This document shows, piece by piece, positions 9,474-19,591 of a stretch of 38,098 nucleotides of DNA. A program made the translations under genes and the position numbers. This DNA is from an uncultured virus (IMG/VR IMGVR_UViG_2061766007_000025) (Duplodnaviria; Heunggongvirae; Uroviricota; Caudoviricetes). The DNA is taken from the IMG/VR virus record IMGVR_UViG_2061766007_000025; one strand, given 5' to 3'. Each line of letters starts with the position of its first letter. Position 1 is the first letter of the stretch. The notes under the pieces are model-generated. The model ran no database searches. It saw nothing but the letters and a program-made list of their open reading frames with translations, and was not told the origin of the DNA.

Positions 9474-9930
9474 CCTTATACTTCTCCTTTATCATTACAA
9501 TTTCAACTACATTTAAACACCTCATAATGACATGATCGTTTAATAATTTTGTTGCTATTTCTGCTGCTTCATATAATGGTCTAATATTTTTATCATCAAT
9601 CATACAGCAAAATAAATAAGATGATACGAAATTAGATTTTTCAATAACAAATAAATCTGTATTTCTTAATATAAAATCAGAAGTAGGATCATTGCGAGAA
9701 ACATGCTGATTGAAAGCTTCTTCACTTTCTATATAACTTTGTAGTATTGCTAATAAAGAAAATTCACATGTACTATATGCTTTTGTACTTTCATCTTCAG
9801 AATTTATATTATTTTTAGCAGTTATACCATATCTGAGAATATCTTTTAAAATAGTAATCTTTGCTTTCTTAACTAAAGTTTCTCTTAAAATAGTAGTCTT
9901 TACTTTCTTATCTAAAGTTTCTCTATCCAT
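9436..9930 (-). CDS. hypothetical protein
   Basis: 164-aa ORF with AAGGAG RBS. Confidence 0.7.
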   Translation of the reverse strand: MDRETLDKKVKTTILRETLVKKAKITILKDILRYGITAKNNINSEDESTKAYSTCEFSLLAILQSYIESEEAFNQHVSRNDPTSDFILRNTDLFVIEKSNFVSSYLFCCMIDDKNIRPLYEAAEIATKLLNDHVIMRCLNVVEIVMIKEKYKDEIDELKENIER

Positions 9931-9959
9931 AGCAACTATAACTCCTTATATTTCTCCTT

Positions 9960-10430
9960 TTATTTAGATTTATAAGAATTCATTCTAGTATAATCTGGTT
10001 GAATTGTGGTTTTTAAATTATCTGGAAATTTACATAAATTACTATTATTAGCTTCCCAATATAATCTTATAACCCTCCATACTGAAAACTCTGGATCTTG
10101 CTTTGATGGTTGTCTAAGATATTTATCTAATATCTTGCATTGACTAGAATTTAATACTCCTTCATACTTTAATCCATGAGGAAAGAAATTTGGACTATAA
10201 ATGCATATACAAGTTTCAAATGAATGATCAGGTTTAAATATATGGAAATGAGGAATAGTACCTTCATTAGAATATACTTCTACCTTACATTCACCTAAAG
10301 ATTTTAAATTTAATCTTGTTTTTCCGCTAAATTCTGCTTCTTGTAATAATGTATCTGGAAATATTATAGTTCCTATATACCAAACTTCTATGTCATGATG
10401 CCCTTCAGGTATATATTTTTCTTCTTTCAT
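9960..10430 (-). CDS. DUF4160-like protein (PHFH motif)
   Basis: VEVYSNEGTIPHFHI resembles the DUF4160 motif; RBS AGGAGG. Confidence 0.5.
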   Translation of the reverse strand: MKEEKYIPEGHHDIEVWYIGTIIFPDTLLQEAEFSGKTRLNLKSLGECKVEVYSNEGTIPHFHIFKPDHSFETCICIYSPNFFPHGLKYEGVLNSSQCKILDKYLRQPSKQDPEFSVWRVIRLYWEANNSNLCKFPDNLKTTIQPDYTRMNSYKSK

Positions 10431-10513
10431 TTTTAATTCCTCCTTAAAACTTTCTATAAATATTATATATGATTATTATTTACAATATGTACATCTACTG
10501 GGCAAAATCAAAC

Positions 10514-10525
10514 AACATTGTTATA
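10514..10525 (+). promoter_or_regulatory. AR9-type late promoter AACA-N6-TA
   Basis: AACA TTGTTA TA about 70 nt upstream of the tail sheath ATG. Confidence 0.7.
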
Positions 10526-10596
10526 AATGATAAAGAATCATCTTTAAACAAGAAAGATCTTTATTTAAGAAATATTTATATAAAGGAGGAAACAAT

Positions 10597-12441
10597 ATGT
10601 ATCCTGGTGCTTTAGTTGCCAACTGGTATGATCAATCAGAATTGAATATTGCTACCGAAACTCCGGATCTTACAATTAAACCTTTATTTATGGTTGTATC
10701 TAGTTTTGATAAAGGACCTGAAGATTTAAGAGAAATTGATAGTGATGACTTTAAAGATTATTATGGCACACCAACATTTGATAAGCACGGTCAGAATGGT
10801 ATTCAGGCTCAGCGTATTATTGATGCAGGTGGAACACTTCTTGTTAAGCGTATCTGTGCTCCTGATTCAACAATAGCAAACGTTGTTCTTAGTGCTAAAG
10901 TTACAAAAGTTCAGACTCAGAAAGTTGATGCTGAAGGTCATCCGCTTTATCTTGATGCTGAAGGTAATGAAACTACTTCTCCAGTTGATGAAGAGGATAA
11001 TCCAAATACACCTATTATGCTTGATAGTGTTAAGGTAAAATGGGAAGCAACCTCTATTTCAAATTGCAAGACATTTGAAGAAGTTAAAGAAGCTGCTCTT
11101 GATCTTCTTGATATTGATGCTGGAGTATATCCGTTATTCTTATATGTAGATAATGGTAGAGGACTTTCATCTAAGGCAGTAAGACTCATTCCTGATTATA
11201 ACACATCTAAGGGATTTGGATTTATGTTCTATGATCTTAAGATCTATGAAGGAACAAATATCGCAGAAGATGAGACTGTGACGATGGATCCATACATTGT
11301 TTACAATAATACTGCTTATGGCATTGATAAAGGTACATGTAAACAGATTGATGCTTTAGTTGATATTGATGTTTACAATGCATATCTTGAGAAAATAGCT
11401 GAGATTCTTGATCTCGATACAGCTACTGTTAGAACATATGACCTTGTTTATGGTTATGATTGTAAGGGTGCTGCTATTCCTGACTTTGCAATTGATGCCG
11501 AATCAGTAGACCTTAATGCTACATTTGGTGTTGAACTTAAGAACGGTTCAAATGGTAGCTTTGGTGATGCTCCTGCTGGAACACCTGCATGGGTTGAAGA
11601 GATTCGTAAAGTATTTGCTGGAGAAATTACCGATGATGTTTGGGATGTTGATGCTCATAAGGTTGCAGTTATTTGTGATGCTGCTTTCCCTGTAGTAATT
11701 AAAGATACTATTGCCGATTTTGTAAACTTCAGACAGGATTGTGTATTCTTTAGAGATTATGGTCTTAATATTGCTACATTTACAGATATTAGGATTATGT
11801 ATAATACTCTTATAAAGAGAAGTAAATTTATCGCTGATTATTCTACAGCTTATACAATTAAAGATCCTTCAACAAAGAAGAATATACAAGTAACAATGAT
11901 GTATGATCTTGCTGCTTGTCTTGTTGGACACTTTGATCGTGGATGTCAGAATCCATGTGCAGGTATTGCAAATAGCTTTGTTCTTGATAATGCTATTAAA
12001 GGTACTCTCAATTTCAGACCTGTTGTTACACCTGCTACAAATCAGAAGAGTGCTATGGAAGATATTCATGTTAACTATGCAGACTTCAATGAAGATCAGT
12101 GTGTAGTTCAGACATGCTTTACTTCACAGGAAGCTAATACAGAGCTTAGTTATGTTAATAACGTTCTTGCAATTCAGGAAGTTATTAGAGCTCTTAGAAC
12201 ATATTGCCCAAGACAGAGATATAGACTTGTTACTGGAACTGATCTTTCAGATTATGCAAGAGCATGTACAAATGTTATCGAACCATATCGTAGTCATTTT
12301 GCAGTTCTTAACTTTACATATACTGAAGATAAGATCAAGTCAGCTCAGAAGATTTTCTATGCTTCTATTGAATTTGCATTCAATCAGTGGGCACAGACTG
12401 AAATCTTTGATATCTTTGTACTTAATTCTGGAAACTTATAA
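10597..12441 (+). CDS. tail sheath protein
   Basis: 614 aa; MYPG start, DKGPE, YYGTP, FRQDC, and C-terminal VVQTCFTSQ...LSYVNNVLAIQ...R sheath-like motif; followed by a tube-like gene. Confidence 0.85.
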   Translation: MYPGALVANWYDQSELNIATETPDLTIKPLFMVVSSFDKGPEDLREIDSDDFKDYYGTPTFDKHGQNGIQAQRIIDAGGTLLVKRICAPDSTIANVVLSAKVTKVQTQKVDAEGHPLYLDAEGNETTSPVDEEDNPNTPIMLDSVKVKWEATSISNCKTFEEVKEAALDLLDIDAGVYPLFLYVDNGRGLSSKAVRLIPDYNTSKGFGFMFYDLKIYEGTNIAEDETVTMDPYIVYNNTAYGIDKGTCKQIDALVDIDVYNAYLEKIAEILDLDTATVRTYDLVYGYDCKGAAIPDFAIDAESVDLNATFGVELKNGSNGSFGDAPAGTPAWVEEIRKVFAGEITDDVWDVDAHKVAVICDAAFPVVIKDTIADFVNFRQDCVFFRDYGLNIATFTDIRIMYNTLIKRSKFIADYSTAYTIKDPSTKKNIQVTMMYDLAACLVGHFDRGCQNPCAGIANSFVLDNAIKGTLNFRPVVTPATNQKSAMEDIHVNYADFNEDQCVVQTCFTSQEANTELSYVNNVLAIQEVIRALRTYCPRQRYRLVTGTDLSDYARACTNVIEPYRSHFAVLNFTYTEDKIKSAQKIFYASIEFAFNQWAQTEIFDIFVLNSGNL

Positions 12442-12464
12442 TTTGAGAGAGGAGGAAAATAAAC

Positions 12465-13406
12465 ATGGCTAATACAACTGGAAATAGTGGAATTCTTAAT
12501 GATTATACAATTAGACCTCGAAACCTCACTCAGTATACAGCGTTCAGAGGTATCACAGACTTCTCACAGATTGGACAGTTTGCTCAGTATGAAGGTGGAT
12601 ATGCATTCCTTAGTGTAATTGAGGCTCCTAGATTTATCACAGAGCTTGGTAAACAAAATGATGGTGTTAAGGCACTTACACAGTCATTTACTCATATGCT
12701 TGAGATGGAATTTAGAGGTCTTGATGGACTTCCAGATCTTAATGCTGATTTTAATACTATCTCAGATGGTATTAATGAAGTTTCTCTTATTAGTAAGGTA
12801 AATAGGGATACTTCAGTTACTGTAAGTATGAGTTACTTTGAGAAAACTGGTTCTCTTATTACCAAATTCTCTAATTACTATCTTACAGGTATTAAAGATC
12901 CTTATACTCAGGCTAAGACATATCATGGTCTTATTAGAGATGGTGTAATGGCTCCTGGCCCTGAGAATGAAGTATTCACAATGCTTTATTATGTAACCGA
13001 TAGCACAATGTGTCGTCTTGAAAAGGCTATACTTCTCTGCAATGGTCAGCTTACAAAAGCTGAAGAGTCCATTTACAATGGTCAGAGATCTGATATTGGT
13101 ACTAATAAAGAAATGACAATTGAGTTTAACTGTTATCCTATTCAGGGTCTTGAAGTTGATAAAGCTGCATGGACACTTCTTAGAGATATTACAGGTACTC
13201 AGTGGACAAGTGATGCTGGTGTTATGGCTACTGGTAAGATGTTTGCTACTGGTACAACTATGTACAAAGATGCCAATGGTATCAATAGACCTATTGCACC
13301 TCTTGATTCTACAGATTATAGATTTGCTATTCTTAACAAAGATAATCCTGATAGAATTCAGTCACTCGTTGATGCTGCAGATAAAGCTCCAAAGCTTAAA
13401 AAGTAA
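12465..13406 (+). CDS. tail tube protein
   Basis: 313 aa directly after the sheath; beta-rich, with YFEKTGS..TK...YYLTGIKDP, as expected for a jumbo-phage tube protein. Confidence 0.7.
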   Translation: MANTTGNSGILNDYTIRPRNLTQYTAFRGITDFSQIGQFAQYEGGYAFLSVIEAPRFITELGKQNDGVKALTQSFTHMLEMEFRGLDGLPDLNADFNTISDGINEVSLISKVNRDTSVTVSMSYFEKTGSLITKFSNYYLTGIKDPYTQAKTYHGLIRDGVMAPGPENEVFTMLYYVTDSTMCRLEKAILLCNGQLTKAEESIYNGQRSDIGTNKEMTIEFNCYPIQGLEVDKAAWTLLRDITGTQWTSDAGVMATGKMFATGTTMYKDANGINRPIAPLDSTDYRFAILNKDNPDRIQSLVDAADKAPKLKK

Positions 13407-13413
13407 TTGTAAT

Positions 13414-13450
13414 ATAGGTGGTGGGACGCAAACCCCACCACCTATTTATT
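13414..13450 (+). terminator. intrinsic terminator
   Basis: ATAGGTGGTGGG/CCCACCACCTAT stem then TTATT. Confidence 0.8.
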
Positions 13451-13466
13451 CGGTTTTGATTCTCTC

Positions 13467-13478
13467 AACACAAAATTA
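13467..13478 (+). promoter_or_regulatory. AR9-type late promoter AACA-N6-TA
   Basis: AACA CAAAAT TA between the terminator and the next gene. Confidence 0.55.
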
Positions 13479-13525
13479 ATAAACTATAGCATTTTGGGCT
13501 ATAAATACACTATGATAGGAGGGAA

Positions 13526-14206
13526 TTGGTCAAATTTATGAAACCTAATAGCATCAATATCTTCTGCTTTGTTTCTAATATCATTAATGGTCAGACTAAT
13601 TATATCGATTCCATCTTATCTGATAAGAAGTTTGTAAGAAAAACACAATTATCTAAATTAGTATATGGTACAACCAGAAAAGATTATCAAAATAATAAAG
13701 AGTTCTATTATGTTCCATTAAAGGAATATAATGATGTAACTCAAAATGATGATCTTGTGGAATTTAGGTCGTATTATATAATACCAGATGGTGATGTGTA
13801 TTTCTTTACAAAGAAATCAGATATAGTAAATGCTAAAACAAATAACTTAATCTGTATCTGTACGCCATATCAGTATGAGAATTATAGAACTTGGTGTTCT
13901 CTAGAGAATATTAAAAGAATTAATTCTTACAACCTTAACCTTGTTATAATAAATGCTGATATGAAATCCGTATTTGAAGAACAACTAGCTAAAACTAAGA
14001 CTAGATTAGAGATACTAGAATTATGTAGACAAGTTATGCAAGATGATGCTGAGTTTGAAGATGCTAAGAAAAGGTTTCCAGAATTCATAGATCCAATGTC
14101 TTGTAGTAACGTATGTATGGTAAGTGATTTTAAATCAGATATTGCGGGTTTTAACGCCAATCTTGAGAAGATCAAAGGGTTTATACTAGAGATGACTAAA
14201 AAATGA
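13526..14206 (+). CDS. hypothetical protein
   Basis: 226-aa ORF with GGAGGG RBS; start TTG 13526 or ATG 13538. Confidence 0.7.
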   Translation: MVKFMKPNSINIFCFVSNIINGQTNYIDSILSDKKFVRKTQLSKLVYGTTRKDYQNNKEFYYVPLKEYNDVTQNDDLVEFRSYYIIPDGDVYFFTKKSDIVNAKTNNLICICTPYQYENYRTWCSLENIKRINSYNLNLVIINADMKSVFEEQLAKTKTRLEILELCRQVMQDDAEFEDAKKRFPEFIDPMSCSNVCMVSDFKSDIAGFNANLEKIKGFILEMTKK

Positions 14207-14225
14207 CGTTTTTGACTATTATACC

Positions 14226-14259
14226 TTTGTAATAGCCCGAGTTTTCGGGCTTCTACAAA
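14226..14259 (+). terminator. hairpin, probable terminator
   Basis: TTTGTA..AGCCCGA/TCGGGCT..TACAAA. Confidence 0.5.
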
Positions 14260-14294
14260 TGGTTATTTAAAATTTTAAGGAGGAAATGTAATTT

Positions 14295-16739
14295 ATGGCC
14301 GTACTCAAACCAAATTCTACCATTTATTCAGAGGCTAATAATGGTAATGAAATATCACAGTCTATGAATAGAAAGATAAATAAAAAATTAGATATACTTG
14401 ATCAAAAAATGGATTCATTATATTCTGATATTTATATATCTAGGCCAGATAATAGGAAAGACCTTGACAATATTATCGATAAATTAGATTCCTCTATTGA
14501 TAGTTTGCAATCTAATGATGTCAGTATATCAGGTCTTTCTGAATTATTAAGAAGAATAGAGCAGAAGAATAACTATACTGCTAAAGATCTGGCTGCTTCA
14601 GTAGAAGATTTATTTAATGATCAGAATTTATTGAATACCTTATTTATGAATGAGGATGTTCATAGATATATATCAGGACAAAATTATCAATATGATCTTA
14701 TATGTAAATATCTTCCTAAATTAGATGATGCTTTACAGTTAATGAAGGATAATGTATTAAGTTCAGATACATTCTCTAAGAACTTTTTGAATCCTATATC
14801 TGTAAAGACATCTAAAGATGAGGTGCAAGTATTTACTGCTAATACTAAACGTATAGAAAATGAGTATGATATATCTACATTCTTCGAAGATACTTATGAT
14901 AAAACTTCCAAGTATGGAGAAGATTTTATTTATGTTGTACCTTATACTTTAGCATTCCAGAGATTATTAAAGAGAGCTAATTATAGAAGAAACAATGCTA
15001 GATTAGGCCAGATTACTTTCTATGAGAATACTGATATACCTAATAGTAATAGAAAGTATGCTTTTAAAGATGCAGTACAGTGTTTATCAGAAAACTTTAC
15101 AGAATCTACCGATTATAAGAATTATCTTAAATCGGTACAAGAGTCTTATCCTGTAGAATTAACTGATAATAAAGAAAATAAGTTTACTGTTGGTGCAGTT
15201 AATCTTCACTTTAATGATACCAATATAGTATTGGATAAAGTAAATGAAATGGCTATACTAACAGAAAAAGCAGATTTAGAAAGATTTGCATCTTTAACTT
15301 CTATATTTGAAAGCTCATTAGCTATTAATAATCTTAGAGAAGCTAAAGGAGATAAATTAAATTCTGTATTTGGAGATCTTGGTAAGAAGAATAAACTATC
15401 ATCTGCTTCTAATGATGGTTTAATTATTCCTGCAGAATTAAATAGAGATCCTGATAAGATAGATAAAGATTTCAATGGTGCAGTATTAGAGAGGTTGCCT
15501 AGAGAAAATGTAATTCCTGTTTATATCGGTAAGAGATGTATGGGATATTATTATTTTGATTTTAAAGAAGATGAAGGAGCCTGCGGATACTGTGGTGGCC
15601 ATCATATGACTCCTGGTATATCTAATGCACAAAACTTTGCTTATGAGCAAACTTATGATCAACAAGAATTAGCTATAAGATATGTGGCATCTAGAATATC
15701 TGCTAATATAGATACTCACTTTATAAATGCTAATAAAGATCTTAAAGAAGAAATATATGCTATTCTTATGTATAATGATAAGTTTGATCTTTCTAGAACT
15801 AATGATATTGGTGTATCATTTATCCCAGCTGAAGATATTATTCACTGTTACTTTAAGTTAGATGAGCATACCCATCGTGGTATATCAGATCTTCAGAAAT
15901 CTTTAGTTCCTGCTATGCTTTATATATTATTATATCTTACAGATATTATTACAAAGATTACTCGTTCTACAGATAAGAGAATCTATTATGTAAAGCAGAA
16001 TGTAGAGACTAATGTTGCCAGAACAATGATGAATGTTGTTCAACAAATTAAGAAGGGCAATATGGGAATGCGCCAAATTGAGTCTATGAATAATATTCTC
16101 AATATCATTGGTAAATATAATGACTTTATTATCCCTGTAGGACAGTCTGGAGATGCTCCTATATCATTTGAAGTTATGAATGGTCAGAATATAGAAACTC
16201 CTACTGATTTAATGCAGCAGATGGAAGAAGCTGCAATTAATCCTATATGTCCTTTAGAGTTAGTAAATTCTTCTTTCCAGCAAGATTTTGCTACCAGATT
16301 TACAATGTCTAATACAAGATTCTTAAAGAAGATATTTGCTAGACAAAGAATAACCCAGAAGTTCTTCTCTAGAATATATACTAAGGTTTATAATTATGAA
16401 TATAATGAGAATTACTCTTATATAACTATTATACTTCCACCTCCTACATATCTTACAGTAACTAATACTCAGCAGATGCTTGATAGCGTTAATCAATTAG
16501 CTGATAAGATTACAGATATAGAGATGGCAGGAGAAGAAGATGATATTAAGACAGAGTTTAAGAAGTTATATGCTAGACAAATGCTTAGTACATATATGGA
16601 CTTTGATATGGTAGAAAGACTAAAAGAAAAAGCTGCTATAAATGTAGAGATGAATAAAGAACCTGTTACAGCTGATGGATCTAATAGTGAAATTAATCCA
16701 GAAGGAGAAGCTGGTACAGGAGATGAATTTGAGTATTAA
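14295..16739 (+). CDS. portal protein
   Basis: 814 aa; KRIYYVK…VVQQIKK and NDFIIP…PISFEVMNGQ echo T4-type portal motifs; lies upstream of the terminase. Confidence 0.75.
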   Translation: MAVLKPNSTIYSEANNGNEISQSMNRKINKKLDILDQKMDSLYSDIYISRPDNRKDLDNIIDKLDSSIDSLQSNDVSISGLSELLRRIEQKNNYTAKDLAASVEDLFNDQNLLNTLFMNEDVHRYISGQNYQYDLICKYLPKLDDALQLMKDNVLSSDTFSKNFLNPISVKTSKDEVQVFTANTKRIENEYDISTFFEDTYDKTSKYGEDFIYVVPYTLAFQRLLKRANYRRNNARLGQITFYENTDIPNSNRKYAFKDAVQCLSENFTESTDYKNYLKSVQESYPVELTDNKENKFTVGAVNLHFNDTNIVLDKVNEMAILTEKADLERFASLTSIFESSLAINNLREAKGDKLNSVFGDLGKKNKLSSASNDGLIIPAELNRDPDKIDKDFNGAVLERLPRENVIPVYIGKRCMGYYYFDFKEDEGACGYCGGHHMTPGISNAQNFAYEQTYDQQELAIRYVASRISANIDTHFINANKDLKEEIYAILMYNDKFDLSRTNDIGVSFIPAEDIIHCYFKLDEHTHRGISDLQKSLVPAMLYILLYLTDIITKITRSTDKRIYYVKQNVETNVARTMMNVVQQIKKGNMGMRQIESMNNILNIIGKYNDFIIPVGQSGDAPISFEVMNGQNIETPTDLMQQMEEAAINPICPLELVNSSFQQDFATRFTMSNTRFLKKIFARQRITQKFFSRIYTKVYNYEYNENYSYITIILPPPTYLTVTNTQQMLDSVNQLADKITDIEMAGEEDDIKTEFKKLYARQMLSTYMDFDMVERLKEKAAINVEMNKEPVTADGSNSEINPEGEAGTGDEFEY

Positions 16740-16750
16740 TATAAATAGAT

Positions 16751-16788
16751 GGGTCACTGTTACAAGCAGTGACCCTCTTTTATTTTTT
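16751..16788 (+). terminator. intrinsic terminator
   Basis: GGGTCACTG/CAGTGACCC stem plus T-run. Confidence 0.85.
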
Positions 16789-16800
16789 AACACTATAATA
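16789..16800 (+). promoter_or_regulatory. AR9-type late promoter AACA-N6-TA
   Basis: AACA CTATAA TA immediately after the terminator. Confidence 0.6.
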
Positions 16801-16887
16801 ATTAAAAATAGATCTTATGACAAAAACAAAAAGTAAATAACGTATTTTTTAATATTGAGAAAATATTAAAGAAAGGAGTTATGCTTT

Positions 16888-17406
16888 ATGGATGAAGTTA
16901 CATGGCTGCAGGTTGTCAGTTGGATCTGGGACCATATATTACAGATAGTAGTAGTATTATCAATATTCTTTGAAGTATCAAAGATAAAATTAAATCCTAT
17001 CAGTTGGTTGATGAATTCATTATTTAAACCAATTAGAAAAGATATGGCAGATATGAAGAATGAACTCAATACTAAGATTGATAAAATGGGAGCTGATCTT
17101 AAAGAAGAAATTGAATCACTTAGAGCTCAGCAATCTGCCGATATGGATAAAATTAATAGCTTAATAGAAGCTACGGAAATGTCAGACATATCCAGAATTA
17201 GATGGGAAATTATAGAATTCTATAATTCTATAGAGAATGATCATAAACATAGAAGAGATGAATATCGTCATATTAAAGATGATTATAGACGATATCAAGA
17301 TCTTATTCCTAAATATAAATTGCAGGATTCTACCATCGATGAAGATATGAAGAAAATTAATGAACGTTATGATGCTAATATAAATAGCCCATCTGTCTAT
17401 ATTTAG
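16888..17406 (+). CDS. membrane-anchored, holin-like / lysis-module-associated protein
   Basis: N-terminal TM helix (ILQIVVVLSIFFEV), KIKLNPISWL, coiled coil, RIRWEIIEF; resembles a family common in Clostridia phage lysis modules. Confidence 0.55.
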   Translation: MDEVTWLQVVSWIWDHILQIVVVLSIFFEVSKIKLNPISWLMNSLFKPIRKDMADMKNELNTKIDKMGADLKEEIESLRAQQSADMDKINSLIEATEMSDISRIRWEIIEFYNSIENDHKHRRDEYRHIKDDYRRYQDLIPKYKLQDSTIDEDMKKINERYDANINSPSVYI

Positions 17407-17436
17407 TTTTTGGTAGCCATATTATTTTCTCACACT

Positions 17437-17474
17437 TATTCCCTTACCAGGAATGGTAAGGGAATATTTGTTTC
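17437..17474 (+). terminator. intrinsic terminator
   Basis: TATTCCCTTACCA/TGGTAAGGGAATA stem plus TTTGTTT. Confidence 0.75.
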
Positions 17475-17511
17475 TTACATACTGCACTTTAAAGTAATAG
17501 GAGGTGTTTTT

Positions 17512-18933
17512 ATGGCAGTAGTACAACAACTGCAAGCACCAAAGTTTGTCTATATTCATATGGAGACTTCCAATCAGTCTTTTCTAGATATGAAATATTA
17601 TCTTAAGTCTAAGGGTATACAAAATAATGATTTCTTTTTATCATTATTAGACCCTGGACTGGCAGGAGTAGATCCTAGAGACCCTACTTTATCTACAGCA
17701 ATGAAAGCTAGAGTAATGAATGAATGTAGATTAAATTATTGGTATTTTCTAAGAGAAGTAGTTCGTGTACCGGAACAAGGTGGAGATGTTAATAGTGGTA
17801 AGAGATATAAACTAGATCGTGGTAATCTAGCAATGAATTTCTTATTTGTATTAAATTTCAACCAGTTTGTAGAATTACCTCGTCAGTTTGGTAAAACTAC
17901 TTCTGCAGTAATAAGGTATCTATGGTGTTACAACTTTGGTACATCTAACTCGGAGATTATGTTCTTACATAAAGATCATACAGGATCTAAAAATAACTTA
18001 AAGAGATTAAAAGAGATTCGTTCTGCATTACCATCATACTTGCAGATGGATTCATTAACAGGAGTAGATGGTAAGAAATTAAAAGTTCCAAATACCATAG
18101 TACAAATAGAGCATCCATTTAATAAGAACAAGATTACTACATTTCCTAGTGCAAGAGCAAAAGAGGCTGCAGATAACCTTGGTCGTGGTGCTACTATGCC
18201 TTTACAATACTATGATGAGTTTGCATTTATTCCTTATAATAAAATTGTATACTTAGCAGCAATCCCTGCATTTTCTACTGCATCTAGAAATGCTAAAGCT
18301 AATGGTGCTCCTTATGGTGTATTATTAACTACAACACCAGGAGACTTAACTACAGATTCAGGTTTATATGCATATGAAGAAAGAAATAAAGCAACTCCAT
18401 GGAATGAGAACTATTATGATCTTACAATACAAGAATTAGAGCAATTAAGAGACTCTAATACAAAGAGTTCATTCTTCTTAGTATCATATACATATCAACA
18501 GTTAGGTGCTGGCCCAGAATACTTCAGAAACATGGTAGTACAAATGGGTCAAAACTGGCCAGAGATTAGACGTGAAGTTATGCTCGAATGGGCACAAACT
18601 TCTAATAACTGTCCATTTAGTGTTGAAGATTTGGATACTATAAAGAGATATTGTAAAGATCCTATACGTACAATATTATTTGGTAGATATAAGCAGTATC
18701 AATTCCAAATATATGAAGATGTAGATACTAACTATCCTCCAATAATAGGTGTCGATGTAGCAGGAGCTCTCATGCGAGATTCAAGTGCTATTACAGTAGT
18801 AGACTCTCATACAACAAGAGTTACAGCAGCTCTTAACTGTAACTATATGCCTAGTGATGACTTAGCAGATGTATTATATGAACTAATAACAAAATACTTA
18901 CCTAACGCTGTGTGCCAGATCGAACGCAACGGA
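17512..18933 (+). CDS. terL: terminase large subunit, exon 1
   Basis: ATG 17512 after GGAGGTG; Walker A LPRQFGKT, Walker B YYDEFAF, LTTTPG, RNase H-like IGVDVAG…DSSA, ending IERNG. Confidence 0.92.
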
Positions 18934-18967
18934 GCAAAGGAATGGAGATATAAATTATAACATTAAT

Positions 18968-18979
18968 AACATCTTTATA
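18968..18979 (+). promoter_or_regulatory. late promoter AACA-N6-TA for the intron HNH gene, overlapping an RBS-sequestering hairpin
   Basis: AACA TCTTTA TA; hairpin CTTTATAATAA-AATA-TTATTATAAAG (18973-18998) overlaps AAGGAG. Confidence 0.7.
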
Positions 18980-19009
18980 ATAAAATATTATTATAAAGGA
19001 GAGTTATTT

Positions 19010-19591
19010 ATGTTTAAAGAAATACCTGGTTATGATGGAAATTATAAGATTAATGAAGCCGGTGTAATACTTAATAAAAAAGAACACATGATGAGACCTA
19101 TAATAACAGATAATGGTTATCTTAGAACCGCTTTAGAAATATATGATGAAAATGGTAAACTTATAAAAAGAAATAATGAATTTGTACATAGACTGGTAGC
19201 AAAAACTTTTATACCTAATCCAGATAATCTTCCAATTGTTATGCATTTGGACAATGATACACTTAATCCATGTGTAACTAATTTAAAATGGGGAACTCAA
19301 AAAGAAAATGTTGAGCAGTGTGTTAAAGAAGGAAGAAATAGATGGGGTAGATATTCCGAAGGAACAAGATCATCATTATTTTATAAACAATGCGGTTCAC
19401 CATATAGTATTTATAATAATAAAGAAACTATCTATTGTAGTAATAGAAATGAAGTTGCACTTAGGATAGAGTATGAACTTGTAAGTTTAAAAAATATGGT
19501 AGGTAATGGAAGAGTTATTTCTAAAGGTCCATATCAAGGCTATCAGATAAAAAGAGAAAAATCAGTACCAGCTTTTTTATTTAATAATTAA
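19010..19591 (+). CDS. NUMOD4-HNH homing endonuclease (I-HmuI-like)
   Basis: FKEIPGYDGNYKINEAG (NUMOD4); VHRLVAKTFIPNPDNLPIVMHLDNDTLNPCVTNLKWGTQKEN (HNH_3). Confidence 0.92.
   Translation: MFKEIPGYDGNYKINEAGVILNKKEHMMRPIITDNGYLRTALEIYDENGKLIKRNNEFVHRLVAKTFIPNPDNLPIVMHLDNDTLNPCVTNLKWGTQKENVEQCVKEGRNRWGRYSEGTRSSLFYKQCGSPYSIYNNKETIYCSNRNEVALRIEYELVSLKNMVGNGRVISKGPYQGYQIKREKSVPAFLFNN

Noticed and set aside
10947..13479. Short alternative-frame and antisense ORFs overlapping sheath and tube (and similar ones elsewhere)
   Set aside because: Shadow ORFs of strongly biased coding sequence, lacking RBS or motifs.
17410..17511. Upstream TTG start for terL given by the ORF track
   Set aside because: Spans a terminator hairpin; the GGAGGTG RBS supports ATG 17512.
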